64,000 nucleotides of DNA from a virus. Its lineage: Duplodnaviria > Caudoviricetes. The number at the start of each line of letters is the position of its first letter. The first letter of the stretch is position 1. The stretch is from IMG/VR virus record IMGVR_UViG_3300032320_000838, positions 1 to 64,000 of that record; one strand, written 5' to 3'. The translations under genes and the position numbers were made by a program. Positions 16,776-26,178 of this stretch are shown one piece after another. Under the pieces are notes generated by a model. The model saw only the letters and a list, made by a program, of their open reading frames with translations, did no database searches and was not told where the DNA came from.

Positions 16776-18151
16776 CAGAAGGTTCCACCATCCACGATGG
16801 CTTCTACTTTATAGGCAGTCAAAACACCAGTGGAAGGAACATAAGAAAGAACAGAAAGACCTGCTTGAGCAGTGGCATCAATCTTAAGAGCACCAGAAGC
16901 ACCAGAAGCAGCAAATGTCAGATAAAGAGCAGTGTTGTCGGAAGAAGTTGCTTCAGTCAGTCCGACATTAGTTGCTGTTGTTGCAGTGGTCGCTGTTGTA
17001 GCAGAACCTACCGAAAGAGAGGACTGAGAGGTCCAAGTCGGAGCAGCGGCTCCAGCAGATGTGAGAACTTGTCCAGATGTGCCAGCGGCAGATATTGCCA
17101 TTGCAGATGCGGTAGAATAAACCACACCACCGTTTACTGCTGTGAGAGATGCATTCGTACCACCGTGAGAAAGTCCAACATCAGTTGCTTCCCAAGTACC
17201 AGTACCGATTGTACCAACAGATGTTAGAGAAGATGCAGTCACACCAGAACCAAGTGTATTCGAGGAAAGAACACTTGTTCCGTTGATGTAATACGCCTTA
17301 CCAGAAGCAAGATTGAGATGCTCGGAAGAAGTCCAAGCATCAGTGGCATCTACCCAGTTAAATGTCTTATCGGTTGCACCCTTAAGAGTAATACCACCAC
17401 CATCAGCAGTAAGATCAGAAGGTGTGGCCACATCTCCGATTATAACATTCTTGTCTTCCACGACCAGATTGGTTGTGTTAATATTTGTTGTCGTACCATT
17501 TACAGTCAAATCACCGCTAAGGGTGAGTCCTACTGCTGTGATTACACCAGTGCTTGGGTTATAAGAAAGTGGTGTGGTGGTGTCATCGACATACAGAGTA
17601 GAACCAGATCCAGCAGTGGTAGACATCACCAAATATCTGGTGGTGTTGGTGTTGTCTGAAGTTGTGGTTACGGTTGTAGCAGAAGAAGCATCCGCCCAAG
17701 ACAATTGAGATATATTAGAAGAAGGAACAGCAGCGGAAAGAACTTGTCCTGCTGTTGGATCTGTGGTTGGCATCAAATATGTGATGTTTGTTGTTCTAGC
17801 AGAACCACGGAAAGCAGAGTAGTTAGAACCATCATCTGTATCTTCCAACAGACGGATTTCACCTGGCGCAGTTGCACCTTGTCCAAAGTTAACGACACCA
17901 GTGAAAGTTCCACCTGCCTTGGGCATAAAGGTGGTGTTGATGGCAGATTGTGTTGCTAGTTTTACTGCACTTGTCCAATCGCCAGGAGAGGTCTCGATTT
18001 GAGCACCAACCCAGATCGGAGTCGTTGTACCATCATCTGCGGTTTTCAGCCAGATCTTGGGTGTACTGGTATTCGCTGCCAACTCACCAGAGTTGGTTAC
18101 ATTTGCTGCTGTAGGATCGGTTGTACCTCTTTTGATTCTAATTGTAGCCAT
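16775..18151 (-). CDS. Fibre-like protein (KRG head, DGGTF tail)
   Basis: MATIRIKRG...GELAANT; module EDKNVIIG..TADGGGITLKG; ends VDGGTF. Confidence 0.75.
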   Translation of the reverse strand: MATIRIKRGTTDPTAANVTNSGELAANTSTPKIWLKTADDGTTTPIWVGAQIETSPGDWTSAVKLATQSAINTTFMPKAGGTFTGVVNFGQGATAPGEIRLLEDTDDGSNYSAFRGSARTTNITYLMPTTDPTAGQVLSAAVPSSNISQLSWADASSATTVTTTSDNTNTTRYLVMSTTAGSGSTLYVDDTTTPLSYNPSTGVITAVGLTLSGDLTVNGTTTNINTTNLVVEDKNVIIGDVATPSDLTADGGGITLKGATDKTFNWVDATDAWTSSEHLNLASGKAYYINGTSVLSSNTLGSGVTASSLTSVGTIGTGTWEATDVGLSHGGTNASLTAVNGGVVYSTASAMAISAAGTSGQVLTSAGAAAPTWTSQSSLSVGSATTATTATTATNVGLTEATSSDNTALYLTFAASGASGALKIDATAQAGLSVLSYVPSTGVLTAYKVEAIVDGGTF

Positions 18152-18166
18152 TTTCCACTCCTAATT

Positions 18167-18982
18167 TTAGAAAGTCCCACCATCCATAACCATATTTTCA
18201 CCCAGATATTCCAATTCAGCGTCTGTTCCGCCCCGAACCCCGACATCAGTTTCCAAATATCCAGAAACTATGAGGTTCCCTGTTATGTATATGTTTCCGT
18301 CACCCCCTGCAACCAAGTTAGTAACTCCGCCAATACTACCATTACCAACACTAAAATTCATTTCTAATGTATTTGATAGATTGATTTGTTGAGATTGAAT
18401 GTTTAAAGGACAGGTTATTGTACCTATTACCAATTCTTCTGTCGGTGCAATTATTACATTTGAACCATTTATATAAACCTTGGAATTTAAACCTTCCGTG
18501 TCTATTTTTAAAATATCTATTTTAACACCCGATGCATTCTGTAAAGTACTCATTCTAAATGCATTTGGATTATTGTCTTGTAGAGATATTCCAAAAAACT
18601 CGTCATTTGAACCATCATATAACGAGGTAGACAAACCAAGATACATACCACTTCTTAGTAAATTCTGTAATGTGATCAAATCTGTAGTACCAGTGGAAAC
18701 ATCTAGAAAAGGCAACTTGTCTGCTTTATTGATACTCGTGTCTGTTCTCGTTATTGTAAACAAATCTAAGTTGAGATTGTTGTTGGTGTTTATATTAACA
18801 CCCTCACCGCTACTGTAAACATCCGCAGTGAAATTGTAATCCGAAATCAAAGCAGGGGATGCAGTACCATCACCGATCCAGATCTTCTTGTCTGGAATGT
18901 TTACTGCCATTTCACCCATTTCTAGATCAGTAGGTATTACTCCAGAGGTAGTGGAACGCTTGGTTCTTAATACTACGGACAT
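18167..18982 (-). CDS. Fibre-like protein (Mtd_N-like head, DGGTF tail)
   Basis: MSVVLRTKRS..GEMAVNIPDKKIWIGDG; ends MDGGTF. Confidence 0.75.
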   Translation of the reverse strand: MSVVLRTKRSTTSGVIPTDLEMGEMAVNIPDKKIWIGDGTASPALISDYNFTADVYSSGEGVNINTNNNLNLDLFTITRTDTSINKADKLPFLDVSTGTTDLITLQNLLRSGMYLGLSTSLYDGSNDEFFGISLQDNNPNAFRMSTLQNASGVKIDILKIDTEGLNSKVYINGSNVIIAPTEELVIGTITCPLNIQSQQINLSNTLEMNFSVGNGSIGGVTNLVAGGDGNIYITGNLIVSGYLETDVGVRGGTDAELEYLGENMVMDGGTF

Positions 18983-20157
18983 CAGTAGAACCCTCCATCT
19001 ATGTCTATATCACCCACAGTAGCGGTTCCTGTGACTGTCAGATCTCCGTATATGGTAGTTGCAGTTATTCCATCAGTGGAACCATCACCAATCTCTATGA
19101 GTTCTGCTGCACCACCGATACTCAGATCTGTTATGTTTGTGTCGAAGATAGAGGCGGCACCCGTCAAACTGCTTTTAATAGTCGCAGGATACGATACGCT
19201 TGCTTCTGTATATGGGGTTATATCAATATAACTTTCTATACCTATTGGAGAAAGAAATGTCTGCTTTCCTTTTGTTGCACCATCAGATCCGAGTAGAGCG
19301 ACTTTTGCTCCCGCTGTGTCCGCAAGATAGGCATTAAACGCAGCAAATGATTGTACAAATCCCAACTGTACGGTTGCTGGCTCTGCGCCGTTTGCAGCAT
19401 ATACTGTCTTAGAACACAAGAAATAGTAAACACCACCACCAGAATTGCCTGGAACCCATATGTCGCCATCATTTCCAGTTTGGTCGGGAAAACAATACTT
19501 TAAAGAAGCAGTAACTCTGTTTGCAAAATTGCTGTTAAAAGTAGTAACACTGTCACCAGATGAAACACCACCATTCGCATTAGTCCATGCACCAAATTCT
19601 ATAAATTCTCTATTGGTGCCGGTAGTATCGGGTTGGGCCGTATCCGTAAGATCGAGTTTTCTTTCATATACACGCAAAGGCATCGCTGAAATTGCCTTCT
19701 GTGTGACCAAGACATAATCAGAAGGTCTATTCCAATCTGCCTTTAGAACAACAAAATTTCCATTAGATCCACCATCCTCTTTTTGAGGATAATACGCTCG
19801 TATCTCTGCACCGACCCAGAGAGGTCTTGTCTGATCAACATTTGTCGCTGGACTACCAGTGTAAGGATAGGCATTAGTATACTGAGAATTATCGAATGTA
19901 GTATCGCTTTCAGCGGTTCCTCCATTAGTCGAACCAAAACTGTCCATACCCAACCACAAACGATTAGGATAGTTGTTTTTTGCGAAACCAGTAAGACCGG
20001 TAGTTGATCTATAAAACTCAGACAACCCCACTATCTGAGCGGCAGGCATACCCTTAAGCAATACCTTTGCGTCAGTATCAGGATCTGTATTATCCTGTGT
20101 GTAATCGTACGGCATCACAGAGCCGCGCTTGAGTAGTAGATTACCAGTTCCTGCCAT
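18982..20157 (-). CDS. Fibre-like protein, N-terminal paralog of 20205..23411
   Basis: MAGTGNLLLKRG...YPNRLW...W.GAEIRA...ADW..PSDYVLVTQKAI; ends IDGGFY. Confidence 0.7.
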   Translation of the reverse strand: MAGTGNLLLKRGSVMPYDYTQDNTDPDTDAKVLLKGMPAAQIVGLSEFYRSTTGLTGFAKNNYPNRLWLGMDSFGSTNGGTAESDTTFDNSQYTNAYPYTGSPATNVDQTRPLWVGAEIRAYYPQKEDGGSNGNFVVLKADWNRPSDYVLVTQKAISAMPLRVYERKLDLTDTAQPDTTGTNREFIEFGAWTNANGGVSSGDSVTTFNSNFANRVTASLKYCFPDQTGNDGDIWVPGNSGGGVYYFLCSKTVYAANGAEPATVQLGFVQSFAAFNAYLADTAGAKVALLGSDGATKGKQTFLSPIGIESYIDITPYTEASVSYPATIKSSLTGAASIFDTNITDLSIGGAAELIEIGDGSTDGITATTIYGDLTVTGTATVGDIDIDGGFY

Positions 20158-20190
20158 TATTCATCCTATAGAGTTCGAAGGAAACAGAAG

Positions 20191-20197
20191 TATTTAG
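20191..20197 (-). promoter_or_regulatory. Late promoter CTAAATA
   Basis: In the 47-nt intergenic gap upstream of 18982..20157. Confidence 0.55.
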
Positions 20198-20204
20198 TTA
20201 AGTA

Positions 20205-23200
20205 TCAGGTGTATGATCCGCAATCCAAAGTTGCTCCGATGTAGTCGCAGTAGAGAGTTCCTGTCCCATTACCGACCTCATAAAACAGACCAGTGCTTGA
20301 ATTTGTTGGAGCAGATGGTGTACTTTGCATAGTCGCGTTGGTCGCATCTGTAAACAGGTAAGCAGTGGCTGTATTACCATCCGCAGACAAACCACTCCAA
20401 GAAGAAGCAGGATTATTATCAGAACTGGAACCCAAGAAAGGAACAGGATACTTAGTAGTGGTAGCGTTTGATTCTGTTCTTACAGTTACTGTACTTGCAG
20501 AAGAACTACCCCAAGACAAATTACCAGAACCATCATTAGTCAGAACAGTGTTTGCACCACCCTGTGCTGCTGGCAAAGACAAAGTATACGATGTAGTGAT
20601 TGCGTTTGGATTGATTGTAATATTTCCACTTGTGCTCCCATATAACTTTAAAGTTGTTTTATTCAGAACAATATCATCCACAACAGTAAAAGATTTACCG
20701 CTTGCGATACTGAAGTGCTCAGAAGACCTCCAAACACCTGTAGTACCTGATATAGAAGTGTTGTTCCACAATAAAGTTTTATCAGTTGTACCTTTGAGAG
20801 TAATACCACCACCATCTGCTGTAGTGGCATCATTAGGAGTGGTGACAGATCCAATTTCGATATTTTTGTCATCTACTGTTAAAGTCGTGGAATTTACTGT
20901 TGTTGTTGTTCCCTCGACAACAAGATTACCTTTAACATTTACTGTCGCGCCAGTGGATCCACCACCAAGATTAATAGTAGCAGTACTTGAACCAATATTT
21001 ACTGTTGTGGCCGCGCCTCCGAGATTAAGGGTAGTGGCATTCGCGTTAAACACATTCGCTGTAGGGGCATTAGTGTTGATAGTCGCAGATCCGCTACCAG
21101 TGGCGCCTCTGATGTTAAGACTACTACTTCCACCTGTTTTTCCTATATTTACTACAGCACTATCATCACCCAAATGAATAGTGCTTGCACCACCAGTATT
21201 TGTTGTTGCTGATGTGCTACTTGTTCCTATTCTTACTACAGTTGCTGTTGTTGCAAACAAACTCGCTTCAGAAGTCGTTGTCGTGATATCCGCGCTTGTT
21301 GCTCCGTTTACGGCAAGATCACCACCAACACTTGCACTACCAGCGATAGCAACAGTACCTGAAGCATTACCTATATTCATACCCGATGTTGCACCACCAC
21401 CGATATTGACTGTAACGGCATTAGTATTAAATAGTGTTGCAGTACCAGTTGATGTAGTTGTGATGTCTCCACCATTTACGGCAAGATCACCCGTCATAGT
21501 CAATTTATCAGTAGACGGATTGTATGTGATACCATCAGAACTGTCTATAGAAAGACCAAGAGTACCGCCGGACAAAGCAAGTGGTCCTAATACCAAGTTA
21601 TATTCTGCGTTATCACTTACTTCAGTTCCGCTAACAGTGGAAGCATTACCAGTAGATGCCCAAGTAAGAGCACCCGAAGTACCACTCGCAACAAGAGCAT
21701 AACCGCTAGTACCAGATGGAGCATCTGGTAATGTCAGAGTGTAAGAAGAAGCAACCGAATCTGGTGACTTTATACCAACATATTGACTTCCATTTCCAGA
21801 TGCTTCGAACAGTTGGACGGTTTTTGTAGTAGCACCTCCACCAATCTTAAGATCACTGGCAACGGCAACAATACCAGAACTATTTCCAATATTAACAGCA
21901 GTAGTAGCACCACCACCAAAGTTTATTGTAGTTGCCGTACTGTTCAGAAGACTCACAGTACTATTACTTGTTCCTAATGTGTTTCCTATATTTACGACAC
22001 CATCAAGTGTGAATGTTGTTGTGGAGTCATTAAACGAGAAAGAAGAAGAACCCAAAAGATTTCTTGTCGTTGTATCGTAATATGGTATTCTACCATCAGT
22101 CAAGGCGGTAGATGTATCAAGAACACCCACAGTACCAGAAGCATTAGGCAAAGTTATTGTTCTATCAGCAGTAGGATCCTCGACAGTCAATGTCGTTTCA
22201 GAACCATCAGCAGTTGTTCCTTCGAATATTATATTTACTGGAGTAGAGGCTCCACCATCTGTTATTATTTTATTTCCTAGATAAAGATCACCACCTTCAA
22301 TATTGACAAACTGATTATTTGTTCCCGATAATTGACCAGGCATTACAGTTAAAGTTGGTCTTGTACTACCGTCAACAGTAGCCTGACTTCCTCTTATCAC
22401 AGTACCATTACCACCAGAAGCATTTATTTCTAAAGTATTGTTATTTCCTATTTTTTCGGTAGTCAATCCTGATGCACCATTAAGAATCATAGCATTAGTT
22501 GTGATGGTGTTTGTGCTTGGATTGTATGTAAGATCAGTATCGGTTCTTACATTTTCATTTCCTGTAGCGGCATCAACAAATGTGATATAGTGTGTGGCGT
22601 TTGTGCTGTTTGTTGCCGTTAGTTTTATATTTGTCGCAGATACTGTAGCAGAACCTGTGGAAGTGGTTACAGAAATATCTCCACCAAGCACACCGAGAGC
22701 AGTACCTATAGTGAAATTTCTGGTAACATTCGAATTAGAGATATCAACACCAGACAAAAAATCACCAACAGCAGGTGAGGGTTCGGTAGTAAGTTCGGAT
22801 AAATCCAAACTAAAAGTAACTGTGTCACCAGAAACAGCAGTATCTACACCAGTTCCGCCAGTCAGGGTTAATGTGTCACTATCGACTATGGTTGTAGTGG
22901 TAGAACCATCAGAAACAGTAAACGAAGACATAGATCCAGCACCCAAAGTAGTGGTGGCCCAAGTATGAATTGCTTTCTGTGTGACGAGAACATAATCGGA
23001 GGGATTGTCCCAATCTGCTCGCATTACTACTGGTGAATCGGGAGGTGTATTGCTATTAGAATCACCGGTCGCATATACAGCGGTATCTGCTCTGATTTCA
23101 GCACCCATCCAAAGAGAACGATTGTTTCCACCAGTCGGTAGACCGTAAGGCATACTACCTATCGTACCACCAGGTCCAGTACCCGCTTCCGAAGAAGTAG

Positions 23201-23411
23201 AACCATAACCTTCAACACCAACCCAAAGACGATTTGGATAATTATCATACGCAAATGGTCCAGAAGCACTACCAGCACTGTTAGAAGGTCTAGATAAACC
23301 CATAATTTGAACAGCAGGCATACCATTTATAAGAGAAATGGTTGCGCTATTTTGTGCGGTAAGTGGCGTTGTCGTACCGCGCTTAAGAATTAAATTACCA
23401 GTTCCAGCCAT
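20205..23411 (-). CDS. Long fibre-like protein
   Basis: 1068 aa, T/G/S/A-rich; GDLAVNG.DITT repeats; shares modules with 14004..16505 and 16775..18151; ends LDCGSYT. Confidence 0.75.
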   Translation of the reverse strand: MAGTGNLILKRGTTTPLTAQNSATISLINGMPAVQIMGLSRPSNSAGSASGPFAYDNYPNRLWVGVEGYGSTSSEAGTGPGGTIGSMPYGLPTGGNNRSLWMGAEIRADTAVYATGDSNSNTPPDSPVVMRADWDNPSDYVLVTQKAIHTWATTTLGAGSMSSFTVSDGSTTTTIVDSDTLTLTGGTGVDTAVSGDTVTFSLDLSELTTEPSPAVGDFLSGVDISNSNVTRNFTIGTALGVLGGDISVTTSTGSATVSATNIKLTATNSTNATHYITFVDAATGNENVRTDTDLTYNPSTNTITTNAMILNGASGLTTEKIGNNNTLEINASGGNGTVIRGSQATVDGSTRPTLTVMPGQLSGTNNQFVNIEGGDLYLGNKIITDGGASTPVNIIFEGTTADGSETTLTVEDPTADRTITLPNASGTVGVLDTSTALTDGRIPYYDTTTRNLLGSSSFSFNDSTTTFTLDGVVNIGNTLGTSNSTVSLLNSTATTINFGGGATTAVNIGNSSGIVAVASDLKIGGGATTKTVQLFEASGNGSQYVGIKSPDSVASSYTLTLPDAPSGTSGYALVASGTSGALTWASTGNASTVSGTEVSDNAEYNLVLGPLALSGGTLGLSIDSSDGITYNPSTDKLTMTGDLAVNGGDITTTSTGTATLFNTNAVTVNIGGGATSGMNIGNASGTVAIAGSASVGGDLAVNGATSADITTTTSEASLFATTATVVRIGTSSTSATTNTGGASTIHLGDDSAVVNIGKTGGSSSLNIRGATGSGSATINTNAPTANVFNANATTLNLGGAATTVNIGSSTATINLGGGSTGATVNVKGNLVVEGTTTTVNSTTLTVDDKNIEIGSVTTPNDATTADGGGITLKGTTDKTLLWNNTSISGTTGVWRSSEHFSIASGKSFTVVDDIVLNKTTLKLYGSTSGNITINPNAITTSYTLSLPAAQGGANTVLTNDGSGNLSWGSSSASTVTVRTESNATTTKYPVPFLGSSSDNNPASSWSGLSADGNTATAYLFTDATNATMQSTPSAPTNSSTGLFYEVGNGTGTLYCDYIGATLDCGSYT
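22162..22187. repeat. 26-nt exact repeat, copy 2
   Basis: Identical to 15637-15662. Confidence 0.9.
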
Positions 23412-23434
23412 ATTCTAACCCCTTTGCGAAAAAG

Positions 23435-23830
23435 TCAGTAGTTTCCACAATCCATCAACATACCGTTTCCAAGATATTCCAACGCTTCATCCGTTCCACC
23501 ACGAATACCTGTGTCCGTCTCCAGATAGCCAGTGAGTATGATGTTTGCATCTATATGTATATTTCCAAAAGCATCTGGTATTAACATAATAACCTGACGC
23601 CAATTGGCATTATCTGTCCCCCCAATCAGAGTATAGAAAGCATTATTTGTACTTTCATACACCATCATTCCAACCTGTCTACGATCACTGGATATACCTT
23701 CTCTTTCCGTCGAATCGACCACAGTGCGTAGACCACCAAGACCATACTTCGGGTTGGTTACTGGGTAAGTGTCCAACTCCGAAGTTGGTGCAATCGGTGC
23801 AGCAACTGTGACGGTATTCGTGATTGGCAT
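23435..23830 (-). CDS. Small virion/fibre adaptor-like protein
   Basis: C-terminal GYLETDTGIRGGTDEALEYLG..MLMDCGNY is paralogous to the tail of 18167..18982. Confidence 0.7.
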   Translation of the reverse strand: MPITNTVTVAAPIAPTSELDTYPVTNPKYGLGGLRTVVDSTEREGISSDRRQVGMMVYESTNNAFYTLIGGTDNANWRQVIMLIPDAFGNIHIDANIILTGYLETDTGIRGGTDEALEYLGNGMLMDCGNY

Positions 23831-23831
23831 A

Positions 23832-24839
23832 TCAGGTTATATTCAGAGTGAAATCTCCATTAAGTTGATTAGTGGACTTGTATACCCTATAGGTAGAACT
23901 CGCTCCAGATGCATTCGTAAAGGTATAACTGGAAGAAACCAGAGGAAATGCTGGTGTCTGATCGGTCGTTCCTATGGATATGGATGTTATTGGGTTTAGG
24001 GAAGTGTGAACAAAAATATACACATATCCAGATCCTGCGGTAAGAGAAATACCAGATGCAGCAGGAGATGAACTGGAAGTGATGAACTGACTTGTTCCGT
24101 TGCTCAACTGTGCGTGATTTGTGATTGTAGTATGGTCGCTACTTGTGTTCTTACCGACATAGATCTTGCTTCTCCAAGAAATCGTCTGTGTACGAGTTGC
24201 CGCGGATCCTTCTTCCTGTGCAACACTTATTGTGTATATCAAGGTAGAACCAACTGTCGTAGTGGTTATTGCTGGAGGGTTCACGGATACGGATCCAGAT
24301 GATGCTGGATTTGCACCACTCAAAACGCTACCAGAAAACCCACCAGAGTACACATATGTGATGTTTGTTCCCGTTGCAGTTGCGTTGGAGATGTTCTGCA
24401 AACTCCAAGTAGGATTCAAGGCAGTAGTGGGAGATGTCTGTCCTATCTCAAATACAGTCTGAGAATAGTTCATACTGAAAGATGACACGGATACTGCCAG
24501 ATATGGATACAATATCCTCTCAAGAATGTCTATTGCAGTAAGACCAGTTAGAACATCACCCTGCTCAACACCACCTAATGTGATGTACACTGGTTCTGGG
24601 TTTGTCCAAGTTTCCGCTACTATTCCTGCGATATTATCAGCATACAGGGTTCCGCAACGAAGAATATCGACCTTGGATATGTCGTTGGTTATGATCGCTG
24701 CGTTAGGTAGTAGCGTTCCTTGTTGATCATAACCTCGCAATAGTTGACGCATTTCCGAGATTGTAGGTCTCGGTGCATCGGGTATTGGGAAGGGCTGAGC
24801 AACTCCATTTCTTACGATGTAGTTTTGTCTCTCAGCCAT
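23832..24839 (-). CDS. Putative virion structural protein
   Basis: GAGG RBS; S/T-rich beta composition; position in the late island. Confidence 0.6.
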   Translation of the reverse strand: MAERQNYIVRNGVAQPFPIPDAPRPTISEMRQLLRGYDQQGTLLPNAAIITNDISKVDILRCGTLYADNIAGIVAETWTNPEPVYITLGGVEQGDVLTGLTAIDILERILYPYLAVSVSSFSMNYSQTVFEIGQTSPTTALNPTWSLQNISNATATGTNITYVYSGGFSGSVLSGANPASSGSVSVNPPAITTTTVGSTLIYTISVAQEEGSAATRTQTISWRSKIYVGKNTSSDHTTITNHAQLSNGTSQFITSSSSPAASGISLTAGSGYVYIFVHTSLNPITSISIGTTDQTPAFPLVSSSYTFTNASGASSTYRVYKSTNQLNGDFTLNIT

Positions 24840-24842
24840 TTA

Positions 24843-24962
24843 TCACCTCGTATATACTATACTCGTTTTGTTGCTCTGTATTTTGACCTTGAACACATTC
24901 ACTTGATCCCTGACAGGTGTTATTTTAGGACGGACCTGCTCCGTTATTTTTATCTTGTTCAC
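24843..24962 (-). CDS. Small basic hypothetical protein (39 aa, not in the ORF track)
   Basis: GTGA start/stop overlap; MNKIKITEQVRPKITPVRDQVNVFKVKIQSNKTSIVYTR exactly fills the gap. Confidence 0.5.
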   Translation of the reverse strand: MNKIKITEQVRPKITPVRDQVNVFKVKIQSNKTSIVYTR

Positions 24963-25348
24963 GGAGCCTCCACCACGAATCTACCCTTCAGCAAACAATC
25001 CACCACATCGGTACTTGTTTCCAAAAACAGGTAGTAGAAATAAGGACCAGGATAAACAGTAGTCATCGTTTCGGTGCTGATGGTGATAGTCACCTCTTCA
25101 CCAGAAACCAAAATTGTTCCATAGGATCCTACAAGTGGTAAAGACAAATAACCTTCTTCGATATTGTCATCATAAGACAACTCAAAGAGATTCTTTTCCT
25201 GCGGAATGGCAGATCTTCTCACCACAAATCTTACATTTTCATATGTGGGGAGAATATCCAAAGCAGTATCATCACTTCCAAAGTACTGGAAAGCGATGGT
25301 ATACTCAGAACCCTGTTCGGCATAAATGTCGTGTATTCCTGCAAGCAT
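24959..25348 (-). CDS. Small Ig-like (BppU-like) virion protein
   Basis: AGIHDIYAEQGSEY...V.RLLKGRFVVE-type pattern typical of small T4-like virion proteins; TGATG coupling to regA. Confidence 0.55.
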   Translation of the reverse strand: MLAGIHDIYAEQGSEYTIAFQYFGSDDTALDILPTYENVRFVVRRSAIPQEKNLFELSYDDNIEEGYLSLPLVGSYGTILVSGEEVTITISTETMTTVYPGPYFYYLFLETSTDVVDCLLKGRFVVEAP

Positions 25349-25749
25349 CAGTTCTTCTTTCCTATGTGATATTTAGGAATAAGTTGCCAAGCATTCTTAT
25401 CCTTAAATGGAATGATTTTAATCTGATTTATTCCTGCAAACTTACCCTCTATACGATTGGGATCCACTATTTGCAGTAAACCCCATTCCTCCAATAGAGT
25501 GGCTATTGTATTTCTTCTGGCAAGATCATTTTCGTCTATAGAAGAAGAAAGTCCATCAAGGAGAAACAACTCCTTAAAATGGACTATGTAATACTTACCC
25601 TTCTTGTGCAGGATATGGCAGGATTGCCAGAGTTTGTTTTCTGTCTTGGAGGACACACCTATTCGTGTGAGAGTTTCCTTTATTTTTAGAAAATCATCTT
25701 CTTTCGGTAGTGTAACTTCTAATAAATCGTCAACTGAAATGGTAGCCAT
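25348..25749 (-). CDS. regA: Translational repressor RegA
   Basis: DDFLKIKETLTRIGVSS..LWQSCHILHKKGKYYIVHFKELFLLDG..RRNTIATLLEEWGL. Confidence 0.96.
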   Translation of the reverse strand: MATISVDDLLEVTLPKEDDFLKIKETLTRIGVSSKTENKLWQSCHILHKKGKYYIVHFKELFLLDGLSSSIDENDLARRNTIATLLEEWGLLQIVDPNRIEGKFAGINQIKIIPFKDKNAWQLIPKYHIGKKN

Positions 25750-25762
25750 AATGTTCCCTCAA

Positions 25763-25788
25763 AAATAAAGGTAGATCCCTTTATTTAT
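25763..25788 (-). promoter_or_regulatory. Late promoter ATAAATA (25782-25788) overlapping a weak terminator-like hairpin
   Basis: Minus strand AAATAAAGG-GATCTA-CCTTTATTT-TT, upstream of regA. Confidence 0.45.
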
Positions 25789-25797
25789 GAAAAAACA

Positions 25798-26178
25798 TCA
25801 TTTACGAGATCCGCCAATATCCATTTCTTTTTTAATATTAGAAATCTGATCCTTAGACAGAATACGAAGAGCCTCTCTGGCTCTCTTGTCCGAATATCCG
25901 AAGTAGTTCTTTACCAGTTCTATATCGTTACTTTCTTCCTTCTTTAACCACTTAGAGAAGCGTTTACGAGCACGAATGGAACCAAGGTAATAATCGTACT
26001 GAACCTTCTTGTCTAGGAAGTTCAGACGATTCATCTCGTTGGCGTGAAGTAAAGTGTCGGGGAAATACGATAAACACCTATTTACCACATACGGTGCATA
26101 TGTCCTTTCCGTTTCTACATCGACCATCAAGTTCTTCTTGGAATAGTTGATGGAGTTGAGATATTCCGTCAAGTTCAT
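25798..26178 (-). CDS. gp62: Clamp loader small subunit
   Basis: YLNSINYSKKN..YAPYVVNRCLSYFPDT..ANEMN..RKRFSKWLK..YFGYS..AREAL. Confidence 0.93.
   Translation of the reverse strand: MNLTEYLNSINYSKKNLMVDVETERTYAPYVVNRCLSYFPDTLLHANEMNRLNFLDKKVQYDYYLGSIRARKRFSKWLKKEESNDIELVKNYFGYSDKRAREALRILSKDQISNIKKEMDIGGSRK

Noticed and set aside
14004-23411. Diversity-generating retroelement, suggested by the Mtd_N-like heads
   Set aside because: No reverse transcriptase and no template/variable repeat pair differing only at adenines was seen in this window. One could exist elsewhere in the genome.
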